DNA from: Styela clava
Lineage: Eukaryota
Length of the DNA stretch: 64,000 nt
Assembly (NCBI RefSeq): GCF_964204865.1
Contig: NC_135261.1
Span: 12,028,001-12,092,000 of the forward strand
Direction: 5' to 3'
The translations under genes were made by a program, and so were the position numbers. Positions 13,601 through 24,442 of this stretch are shown piece after piece. Numbering within the stretch: position 1 is the stretch's first letter; every line of letters starts with the position of its first letter. A model generated the notes under the pieces. That model made no database searches. It had not been told where the DNA came from and saw only the letters and a program-made list of their open reading frames with translations.

Positions 13601-16463
13601 ACCTTCCATTACAGGATTTACTACTAAAAATCACTTAGTATATATATATATATATTATTGTGCTTCACCTCGCAAAATTTATCATCTGAAATTACCTTTT
13701 CAGGAATTCGGCAAGACTTTTAGTCATATAAGGTCGACACCCTATGGGGAGGTATGATCATTTTTTTTTATATACATGCTCTACTTGAATTAGACTCACG
13801 TGATGGATTCCAATTAGATAACAAAACAGCGATCAATATAAATTGGCACAGCATTTTAGGAAATAACAATAACCTTTTTTACCATGAAAATTCAAATTTA
13901 AAAATCTAGTCACAAAAGTAGACTGGTCAACCCATTCATGTAGGAGAGAATTCAAATATTAGCCCGAAACATGGCGGTTGTGCTAAAAACCTGTTCAAAC
14001 GAGGTAAAATTCAAGTAATATATGGAGATAGAAAAAAAAATTGGGATTAGAAAACTTGAACGTACCGAATTTTGAGAGTCTTCTAGGGGGTTAAATATTA
14101 TTTGTACGATGAACCGAGTCTGTATGTTTGTGGAATTTATTATCGGTTTGAATTAGCATTTCGAGGCTCAATGTTACAATAAGAAATATTCTAATACCGT
14201 ATATATTTTTATATTTACATTAGACCTTTGACGTTCGTAGCGTGGTGAAGCCCTGTAATATAGCTTATACATCTGTTGCACTTCCCTGCCACCAAGATTT
14301 GATGTGGTATGAATCTGCTCCTGGCGTCCAAGTTCTTCATGCACTCAGGTAGGCTACATAGTACATACATCATTAACCACGTCGTCTTATTGTATACATG
14401 TTAAAAAATTAATGTAATTTTATAGATTTGACAAAGAAGTTATTGGAGGTGAAAGCAAAATAGTTGATTTATTCGGATGTGCCGAAATTCTTAGAAAAAC
14501 CGAGCCAGGAGCCATTTTGAAACCTTATGTCGAGTTCCAGGTGGAAATGACACAATCGATATGAATCGAAAAGTACCACTTTGGTTCAAGAATACAAAAA
14601 GACATATTGAACTAGATTACTTTGACGAGGTAACATTATGTACTCATTTTCCAAGGATACATCTGCCTCTGTGATGCTCATACACATAGTGGGGAATTAT
14701 TCCAACATTATTTGATAAGCACAGTAACGTAATATCTCTAATACACGACCACTGCACATTTATATACAACTAGCTTAGTATAATTGCTGATTTACAAAAT
14801 AGGCATATGCCTTCCTTTTATAAGAACTTGGCTTGATAGTTGTGTAAAATATATATCAAAAGACTATGATTTATCTCGCCCAACGTAAGATTTGATTGTG
14901 GCATCAGTAAGTGGCTGCTTCTGAGTGCTTCGTACCCTTTCGTACAAATTTAAGTTTTTATTCAGATAGTTGCTGTAAATTGGCATCCATCTTTTGAGAC
15001 AACTCTGCAAATAAAAGAATGTGATGTCGATGCCTATTATCGAGCACATAAAGCTTTTATGAAAATCGTTCACAATGCGGAGAATCAGGTAAAATACACA
15101 AATCTATGCGGGGGATACACCAAATATTTTTTCAAAATAGTTCAAGATTACTATCTAGCTAGGAGGTCTGAGGAGATTGAGACAATTTTAAAACGTCAAG
15201 GTCGAACGATAATAAGCAATTACAATACAAATAACATTAAGAACCTTAATGATTGACAATTTACATTGAAATCCCTTTTCTGAACATTCAAATCAAAATA
15301 TCAAGCTTCGTAGGGTTTTTAAAACTGAAGAAAGAAATTAAATAAGTAATCGTTTTTTCAGCACCTTCGGGTAATACAGAATTAACAAAAAAAATTAAAA
15401 ATTTTCACAAACATGAATTTAAAACCGATTTTTCATCTTGAAATTTCAAGCGCTGGGGAACTATATATTCATTTCAACTACAACAGACTTTTCTTGAACG
15501 CGAACGCGAAGTTGTGTGTGCATAAATTTTATAATTTTAAACTTTTTAAAAAAAAAATTCAATTATATATATATTCATGTTGGCTATACCTTATGCCACA
15601 TTATAAATATATATTATAGATGAATCGTTTTGATAAATTCTTCTTGTTGTTGTTAAGAAAAGAAAAAGTTGCTTTTTTTGTAGCTATTATCATAAAAACG
15701 ACCAAGATAAATGGAAAATTTTTATTTTCTAGTTTATCTTTCGAATGCAGAAAGGAGATATGCTGGTCATGAACAACCGTCGAATGGCGCACGCACGTGA
15801 GGCTTTCACCTCAGTAGAAGATGGAGACAGAAATCTTCATGTAAGTACGTCAACAGCAATAAAATAGTGGAATATCGTTACACGTAATACAACTTTTTCT
15901 GAACTTTTTTTTAAAAAAAATTAGCTTTGTTAGGTACATGGTTTGTAGAGGGTATCAAACAGCACCGTCGTCATTTTTGTCATTAGCTGATCAGTTTTTG
16001 TTAAATAATTTTTCATTAGTTTGATCGATGTGGAATACTCAATCGCCTACAACAAATGCACACTTTTTTTTATAAATATATGTAAACTTCTCAGGTATAA
16101 ACAGACATATACTTTCTTAAACATTGCAACAAGCATAAAAATTAATAACATCTCGGAAAATTTGGTTACCCAACATCGGTGGACTTTTTAAAACATTTTA
16201 GATTTAATCACTTTCAACCTTTGATGAAATCCAGTCTCAGACAAGCTAATAAATTAGGGTTGAACGTACAGTTATGCTTTTGAAATTGTGACGAAGATTC
16301 AAACCTAATGTTTGTTTTTTGAATGCCTTGTCTCAGTTTTATATTCTATTTTCAGGGATACTACCTTGACATGGATGATTTAAAAAGCAAATACATGGTG
16401 TTAGCAAGTAAACTTGGAAAAGTAGTAGAGTCACTTAAAATTGGAAATCGTAGCACTTTTTAG
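10664..16463 (+). CDS. Gamma-butyrobetaine dioxygenase-like (BBOX1/TMLHE family, TauD-type 2OG-Fe(II) dioxygenase), 10 exons, ~402 aa after frameshift correction
   Basis: Exons 10664-10749, 11742-11869, 12919-13126, 13430-13501 (or 13496), 13704-13751, 14224-14348, 14426-14629, 14966-15088, 15733-15840, 16356-16463. Motifs: WLRFNCMCDKC (N-terminal Zn site), NIAYTSVALPCHQDLMWYESAPGVQVLH (HxD), GGESKIVD, GDMLVMNNRRMAHAREAF (distal His and 2OG Arg region), RNLHGYYLDMD. Frameshift at ~14508-14513 as assembled. Confidence 0.88.
10958..11220. repeat. Possible Helentron/DINE-like non-autonomous element; related segments at ~35860-36180, ~46060-46190 and ~50340-50540
   Basis: Short inverted ATCGATCTT/AAGATCGAT near the ends, a tgtctgcctgt microsatellite remnant, and a 3' end gctatctaa(g)tttac shared with 50526-50539. 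The other segments share aattgc(t)ttgaaattttca-like cores. The classification is inference only. Confidence 0.35.
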
Positions 16464-16675
16464 ATGACGTTGATTCATACTTTCGACAATTATACTAGAA
16501 ATTACAATTAAATTTTAACGTATGTTAGCATTTTAATTCATTGCCATAGTATAAATTATTTAATCGTAGAAAAGTTGGCAGTAGTTTAAATTTGTGGAAT
16601 AAAAATTCAATTTCATGGGCACATACATGTTTATGCAATTCAAGAGTCCTGCTGCACACTAACTCAAATATATTT

Positions 16676-16717
16676 CTGTAACGTTTCGTCTGACCAAAAT
16701 CATACTTCCTCAGACAG
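16676..16717 (-). ncRNA. Minimal type I hammerhead ribozyme motif within a ~90-bp repeat (16634-16726)
   Basis: Minus strand reads CTGT-CTGAGGA-A-GTATGA-TTTTGG-TCAGAC-GAAAC-GTT-ACAG. Stem I is CUGU/ACAG, the CUGANGA and GAAA core boxes are present, stem II has one mismatch, and stem III is the palindromic AACGUU. Confidence 0.72.
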
Positions 16718-17416
16718 GCAGTTTATATTCTTTAAGCTGATATTCTTAAAAGTATATATTTATATGTGAAGAGCCTTGAAGAAATGATAAAAATTGCCCC
16801 AAGCACAATATAACCAAAATTGAATTTATTCACTTTGGAATCAATGCTACACCCATTTTCAATGTACTTTTTGGGAAAATATCAGTCCGAACAAACAGAT
16901 TTGATTACTTTTCTTGTGATACTTCTGATGCTCATTACAGCTGACAGAGATTTTACATCGGGTTGGCTCACAGATTTCATTACTAAAGTGTTCCATTACA
17001 TTTTATGGCTTTTCGTCGTATCGAAATATTGATCAACTCGCGTTGTCGTACATTCTTTCAGACCGTCCACATGTTCGGCTGTTTCAGTTCCACGTAGAAA
17101 GTAGAGGTATCCTCGCCTGCCCGTGTTCAAATTCAAGCCAACGCAAGCCAATAATTTTGCGAAAAGTAAGTGCCGTCTGACAAGAAACAACTTGTATCAT
17201 TGTTAGTTTTATAACATTGAGATAATGAATAATTGTATTGTACAATTAAATAATTGCTGAACGCCATTCGTATTGGGCCAGATCCGCTTCATAATGTGCC
17301 TTTCGAACAGGGATACACATTCTGTGGAACGCAGAAAATCATCCCGCAGCGTAGACGGAGTTATAGAGAGATGCAGTCAGGCAAAACCGCTAGAAAGAAG
17401 TCTGAAGAACTGAGGT

Positions 17417-17665
17417 GAACCACGGCCTCTCGCTCGGGTATCATTTCATGTCGGGTACGGGACTAGTTAGTTATTTGTTTTCGGGAGCATGGACTTGATG
17501 GTGGCTGGTCGGTTACGTGAACCACCCTACGTCGGCGAGAAGTCGAGCAATCCTCTCGCACATAACCATCCCTGCATGGGATTCGAATCTGCAAACCCAC
17601 GCAGACTAATCAGAGGTGCGATGGCGAGCGTATTCCTGACGAGTAGCACCATGAGCCGCCTTGCC
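17417..17665 (-). mobile_element. tRNA-derived SINE, 3'-truncated with an internal deletion
   Basis: The reverse complement matches the 28915 copy (ggaatacgctcgcca..ttcgaatcccatgcagggatggttatgtgcgagagg..gagaggccgtggttc). Confidence 0.88.
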
Positions 17666-17707
17666 GAAAGGAAAAAGTGAAACGATAAAAATGACTACAA
17701 AAGTACA

Positions 17708-17855
17708 AGGCCGCAGCCAAAAACAAGAGACAAACGAAAAAAAATAGGGTCGCAGCCAAAACAAGTGAGAGAGGAAGTCAAAAAAAAAATTTGAGCCAAA
17801 AACAAGGGAGAAAAAAAGAAAACAATAGGGTCGGAGCCGAAATAAGAGGGGGCGG
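17708..17855. repeat. Degenerate minisatellite, about 4 units of ~35-45 bp with core GGNCGCAGCCAAAAACAAG
   Basis: The units ggccgcagccaaaaacaag, ggtcgcagccaaaacaag, tgagccaaaaacaag and ggtcggagccgaaataag are separated by A-rich spacers. Confidence 0.6.
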
Positions 17856-18658
17856 AAGACTAAGTCAAAACAGAAATTGACGAGCATGGAGGGAAAATTG
17901 CACCAGCGAGCCAACGTTGATATTTTTTAGTTGGTCAACAGCGGGAAAAGTGCGGCCTCGTAGCACGAGAGAAAGATATTTCATTTTCACAACACAATGT
18001 TAAATAGAATGGAATAATGCTGATTTTTATAGTAATACAGTACATTGAACAACTTAAACATTTAATTGTGTAGGACTTTTGTGGGTCATAGAGGCTCTTG
18101 ACCATTTTGTTTACACTGTGATCATAGGGTAACTTTTTTTTATGTATCCTGGCAAATCCAGGTGTCGCATAAGGGGGTGACTGAAATATCTGGCTGATCT
18201 TTGATTCGTGGAAAACTATTCGAAAACGCGCAACTCTCAGTGTGTCTTCCAATGCCACAAATATCAATAATGTTGTACAAAATAATTTGATATATTGCAA
18301 TAAAATCTAGACAAACAGTTCGCGATATTTGGATGAGGTTTTCACAAGGTGTAGTGTGAAGTTAATGAAGTGTAGTATAGCGATGCGAAGATAGCGAAGC
18401 GATTTTCTGATTTTAAATAAAAATATTCGAATACAGATCATGTAAAACAATAATGTATTGGAGCTCTTGCAAGCTTAAATTGTTAATCAAAGTAATTATT
18501 ATTCAGACAATAATAATGTTGATCACAAATTAATATCGAACCAACACATCCAGACATCACTACTGAGGCAAATATCAACAGAACCAGTGATGTAGAATAC
18601 CAAATTACAATCTTACCAAAACGTTTTGTGCCAGGCAATAACAAATTAAACTTTAAAA

Positions 18659-20051
18659 CAGCGTTTCCCAACCTCTTTTTGGTCGCGGACTTATTCCTCA
18701 TTAGCGAAAACCTTTGCGGACTCAAGGTGCATTTCTTGCAACCGTACTCTGTGTGAAGAAGCAATAAAACCAAATACAACGGAATTTTAACGAATTTCAT
18801 AATCGGAAATTTGCCGCAATTGAGCGTTCGTTAAAATGGCCGAATTTTTTAAAGAAGTAATGCCTTAGCCATTAAAGAACACGTCGTCACCATTTTAGCC
18901 AATAAAAACACGTTTTGACGTTGTAGATGAGTTTAAGGTTGTGGACAGACACGGAGAGCAAACGATGAAGACAACATTAGAACATCGAGAGACGAGACGA
19001 CACTTATCAAGACGACTCCTAATACCAGACCTTTCAACACATTCCTTTCTTCAATACCTTACTCCCAAATATCCAATTGAAACCTTTCTATGAATTTTAA
19101 CTAAAATAACGAATTTATCCCTAAAATGCTTTCATCTTTTCGTAAGTGGACGCAACCGCGAGTTACCATGAACACGATTGAATTAAAATAGAAAGACATT
19201 TTAAATTCTCGTAGTTGTCATGGATTGGATATTGTGCGACAGAAAAGGCCATTATACATTAAAATTCCACGGCAATCTGCGAATATACTAATGTGAGAAT
19301 ATGTTACCCGATTATATTTAGTTTTGATACATAATTTTTGCGATCTTGTGAATTCGACAAATCTGAAACAAAACTTACGGCGCTCCAGTACTGTAGCCTA
19401 CATACCAATGTGGAGGCAGTAAAGCAAAGTATCCTAAGGGAAAATGCCCTTGTACGTATACTATGGTGGCACCGGAAATTTTGCGATTTGCAATGTAAAA
19501 AAGTGTTTTCAATCGGTTGCGGACTACCATAAAACAAAACTTATGGTGTTCTCCGTGTTATCTATAGTAGTTTGTATTGCCGCTTTTCAATTTAGAAAAT
19601 TTGGGTTGCCACCATTGACACCTACCAGAAAAAAAATTATTTCTGGTTGTTCGCACTCGCGAGAAACACTACTTACGTATCTATCGACGCGCGTGCCGAC
19701 TGGTGTTTTCGTAGAAAATTAGCAATTGTTTGGTTAGGCGACGCGCAGGTGACCTGTCACGCCACCTGTTGCCGAATTTTCGAATAGAAAATTGCTATTC
19801 TAATAGTTGAATATTCGAATATATATATGCCAAGCCCTACTCAGTAACCAGAAATTATTGACTGGATTAAGTGATATGAATAAACTTATTTTTTTATGTT
19901 TTATGTAAATTCTAACATAAATCATAACTTGGCTGATAGTTAGGTCTCGCAAAAACGTTTGCGGCCCGCAGTGAATTTCTGGCCCGTTGTGGACTCATTC
20001 AAACGCTCCGCGGACTCATTTGAGACCGCGGACTCGGGTTGGGAAACACTG
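18659..20051. mobile_element. Non-autonomous hAT (Charlie-like) DNA transposon, 1393 bp
   Basis: TIRs CAGCGTTTCCCAACC / GGTTGGGAAACACTG; perfect 8-bp TSD CTTTAAAA (18651-18658, 20052-20059); subterminal GCGGAC/GCGGCCCGC repeats; no transposase ORF. Confidence 0.9.
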
Positions 20052-20297
20052 CTTTAAAATATACAGAAACAACGTCAATTTCGGTTCAGGAATCAATCAG
20101 ATTATAGTCTATTTCTAGCTTACTTAAAATTCCACAATAAAAGTTACAGCAGTTATATGTACCAATAACATAAGCCTGTAGAACGGGCAATTAATTATCC
20201 CTACAACTGGACGTAAACCTAACTAATATAACACATAAAACTGCTAGACTTGCGAACAATAACCAACAACTACCGCCAAAACAGGGCAGTGAGACTA

Positions 20298-20470
20298 CAG
20301 CGTTGTCAGATCCCAGTGATCGGAAAAAGACAAATCAAGACGAAAAAAGCTAACAATTCTACTAAGTACAAAAGCCCTATGATTTGTCTGATTTGATGCC
20401 CTTAGCACAATAATGGGTTTGCAATAGGCTGACGTAGAGCCATCAGGTCATTTGGTGAGCCACATAAATG
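20298..20470 (+). repeat. Dispersed repeat beginning CAG(C/G)GTTG(T/C)CAGATCCC, paralogous to 30742-30922
   Basis: Shares caaatcaagac, aacaatt, aagtacaaaagccc.atgatt and gacgta.agccatca.gtcatt..gtgag with 30742-30922. Confidence 0.75.
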
Positions 20471-22327
20471 TCTTTTCCCATTGAAAGTTGTATTTTCGGT
20501 TGCTATCATGGCGATTTCCACTTCGGCGGGATGTGGGGTTTAAGAATAAAAAAGATTATTTAAATGGCAGCACCAGAATCTACATTCGACACAATACAAT
20601 TAAGCTGACATCTGTATGAAAATTGGATTGGATTGTGACAATATAAAATTGTAAAAAGCAAGAAATAGTGTCAGCGACGTCATACAAAAAGTCAATCTTT
20701 ACTTGAATTATGGGAATTTATTTATTACAGGTGTGATACGTGTGCAAATCGAGCAAGTGTCTTAGGTACCCGTAATGAATTTAATTTAAATGCAATTAAA
20801 GAGGCTCATGACTGTAGTAAATGTCATAGCAACTGAAAATGGGACGTCATATTACGCGTATCAAATTGCTAGCGCTATTTAAAACATGAAACATATTTTA
20901 CCTAAATCTTGGGCTTCGGGGGCGTCTTTATTCTAGCTTGACTGCAACTGTCTGATACCAGTAGTATATATTAATCTCCAACCTTCATTGTCACCAAGAA
21001 GGGCAATCAAATCCCGAGGCAAATGAAAATCAAACTCAGAACTCAAACCGTCTTATGCCACCTCGTGGTCTGAAAAGTCTGTGGGTCGTTTAGCATCGAC
21101 TGATTGAGCACTTACCTCAGTGTGTCGCTGGTTTGGTGAATACATCATTCCCGTGATATTTTTGTTTTTACAATCTTATGCAATATGCTGAGATGTAGAT
21201 TGCCTAAGTTAATACAGTGTGAGTGGGGAATAATATATAGAAAATCCATTCCCAGATAGTCTTATTGAAGTTTATTATTTTTGAATTTGCAATGTCAATC
21301 TGATTAATTCAAGCTACCGTATTTTCTGAAATTATAAAATGTTTATTGATGTACAAGGGAATTTGATTTCGACCCTAGATCTAAATTGCAGACTAGTTCA
21401 ACAACTAGGCTAAGTCTGTAAGCTGAGCTAGCCTTCTCAGACAGTCAGACCTTGTTATTTTCCAATGAACTGCCCACAGCTCTGGACAGGTTGACAGCAG
21501 TACTTCTGTACTTAGGATCATTATAAGATAATATTTACATATTCATTTCACTATATTTACGTCAATAAATTCATGCCAAATTTGGAATAAATTACAGTGA
21601 TATGATTGATTTCATGGCACATGCATATAATTTTTTCATCAATCGAATTATTTATCTGTTTTAATTGCATTAAATGCTGTGACCAATCACTATGCCACTA
21701 AGTACTGAAATATATAACTTCGAATGGTGATTATTTGTGTCACGCAACATAGATGGAAAAGTTTGTGCATGAAGATGAAAAAATTTCCAGATGTTCAAGC
21801 CACAGATCCATGTCGCAAGGATAATGATAACTAATTTACTAACTAACTATAATAATTACAATAGAGTATATAACTAACTAATTTATTAATTACAATAGAA
21901 TAAAGTATGAACGTGGTAAAGTGGAATAACGGCTGATATTTTCGTTTTACTTTTAACAGTTTATTGTACCGGACTCTTGATGTTAAATAACACGATAAAA
22001 CTCATAGTTGACATTATACTATTTTGTTTTTTTTTCTGGAAAAATCTCACAACGCGGGCCGCAAAAAATGCTTTGCGGGTCGCGTGTTGGAGACCCCTGC
22101 TCTAAAATCTGAAAATATCGATTCGACATCTTTCATTTAATAAATTGTTTTCCATAAATTCATTAAATGGAACTCACTTGCAATTGATTGTTTGCAGCAA
22201 TGCTGGTTATGTTATTTATATTTACCCAGTACAGCAGTATTATCTGAATAATGACCTTTGGATAATGACCATTGCTTTCATTTGCAGTATCATTTCAACT
22301 ACCGTAAGCAATAAAACTATAATAAAA

Positions 22328-23026
22328 ATGGCATCAGAAGATGAAGTTGTGATTGATCTCAGTAAAATGAGAATTCCTGAGTTAAAGAAGGAATTACAGT
22401 TGAGAGGGTTGAAGACTGGAGGCAATAAACACGACCTAATTGAACGACTTCAACAATACTTGGAGGAACATGAAGGTGCAGAGGTTGCGGATGATGAGAT
22501 ATTAAAAGAGGATGAAGAAGAATCATTAATAGATGATCAAAAACTAGAGGATTCTGTTTTATCAGCTCCTCTTGAACAAACTAAAGAAAAAGTGCCGAAT
22601 GACACTGAGAGCGTTGAAACTGAAAATGACAAAAAGATAGAGGAAGAAGAGGATTCATTAACTGAAAATATTAAAGACTTGCATTCTCCAACTGGCTTAT
22701 CTGATGCTGATAAACTGAAAATTCGTGCACAAAAATTTGGTGTCACCGTATCTGACATGAACGCTGACGCAAGAAAAGCTGCACGATCCGAAAGATTCGG
22801 AACAGGTAAAGGGATAGGTACTACACCTGGTGCGGACCCTGATAAACTCAAAAAACGGGCCGAAAGGTTTGGGGGTGCCGTCTCCAGTACCTTAAGTACT
22901 AATGAAGAAGATGAAAAACGGAGGAAACGACAAGCTAGGTTTGGTATTGAAACATCTGGTACAATAACAGGTGAAGATGTTGATAAAAAGAAAAAGAGGG
23001 CTGAAAGGTTCGGGCTGACTGTTTGA
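22328..23026 (+). CDS. SARNP: SAP domain-containing ribonucleoprotein (CIP29/Tho1 family), single coding exon, 232 aa
   Basis: N-terminal SAP domain (LSKMRIPELKKELQLRGLKTGGNKHDLIERLQQY), an acidic linker, and five R-x-x-(R/K)-F-G repeats (RAQKFG, RSERFG, RAERFG, RQARFG, RAERFG). ATG at 22328 in aaaATGG context. Confidence 0.93.
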   Translation: MASEDEVVIDLSKMRIPELKKELQLRGLKTGGNKHDLIERLQQYLEEHEGAEVADDEILKEDEEESLIDDQKLEDSVLSAPLEQTKEKVPNDTESVETENDKKIEEEEDSLTENIKDLHSPTGLSDADKLKIRAQKFGVTVSDMNADARKAARSERFGTGKGIGTTPGADPDKLKKRAERFGGAVSSTLSTNEEDEKRRKRQARFGIETSGTITGEDVDKKKKRAERFGLTV

Positions 23027-24442
23027 AGCAGAGTTACCTTATTACCTCATTCCATGCATGTGCATTGTTGATAGGCCCCTTTGATCGTATGTGTGATACA
23101 CACCTAGGTATCCTAATTTCATCTGCATACAAGTTCAAATTGGTTTAAGACAATCTGTGTTTTATTAATGTTGTATTGTTCTCACTAGTGAGAACCATAT
23201 TAGTTGAATTTAAATTGAATTTGAGTTCTCTGATGTCCACTACCGCTGCTTAGTCTACTCAATCATAGCAACTTTTGAACTGTTCTGTTGGGTGATGGTT
23301 TTTGTAACTTTGGCCTTGGCCTTGGAAAAAGTATTGGTATGCATCATGGTCCTCTGTTGCATTGTAGTTGTACAATTTACAATAGGCATATTTAATGGTA
23401 CCAATTTTACTGTTTTATTAAATGACACACAAACAGGGTGATTATACTAGTAGTCGCTAGCAGTTATTTTGACATTACAACCTCGATGTTACATTCTATA
23501 CTTAGTATTGAAAATTATATAACAGAATTCGATTTATAACATGGTATTGTTGCACTATATCACATTTCTTATATCTATAAATTCTTTAAATACTGATTAT
23601 GACTCGAGCATAATAAATTTGTATATGGTAAATGGAAAATGAAGCTATTTCCCTAACGTATCCAAAAACTGGTGTCCATTCTTGATCACCTACTTGGGGC
23701 ATCAAGATGACAATTCTCTAGATGGAAATATTCTGAAATAAAGAATACTTTGTTGTAAATTATAACTAATTTTACATCAGCTTGAATTTTCATTTTTCTT
23801 CAAACATATCTGCATTCAAATCTCGATCCGCATTTTTTCTGGGCGTTGTACAGTCCTATTCCTAAAATTTAGATTATTATACAGTTTATTATATCATTTG
23901 CAATCCATGGAAATAATTCTGTATACTTGGCTGCTTGATTGTTACGTCACTAGTCTTGAAAATATTGGTCAAATTATTTTGGAATTTCATTTTCAATCCA
24001 ATGTGTTTTTATCTTGATATATTGAATATCGCCACCGAACTTTACATCAAACTTTGAAATTCATGATTAATTTCTTTGTTGTTACCATTTTGTCTAGATT
24101 TAATAATAATATAGCGGCTACTCAATAATAACTATGATGGGAGAAATAAACTGAAAATTGGAGAACCTATATTATAGCGAGAGTGGTATCAAGTCACAGG
24201 AGATGACTAGACTAAATATGAGCACATTACTAAAAAATAAATGTGGTGTAGGGGCTGGGGCCATAAATGTGGTATTCTGAAATTCACTCAATGTTTTGCT
24301 TATGAGTAATTTATTCTGTCTGAATCTTTAACTTATTGAAAAAATTAGTTATCCAATAAGACTTAACACCAAATATTGTAATAAATTGTACTGGCAAAAC
24401 TGTACTAAACTAAATTAGTAAACTGATTGTATCAAATGAAGA

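Noticed and set aside
17708-17855. Repeat-spacer pattern resembling a CRISPR array
   Set aside because: The repeats are degenerate, the spacers are low-complexity A-rich, the context is eukaryotic and there are no cas genes.
22145-22327. 61-aa N-terminal extension of the SARNP ORF
   Set aside because: It starts at a TTG, has no homology and contains a splice acceptor; the ATG at 22328 fits the family.
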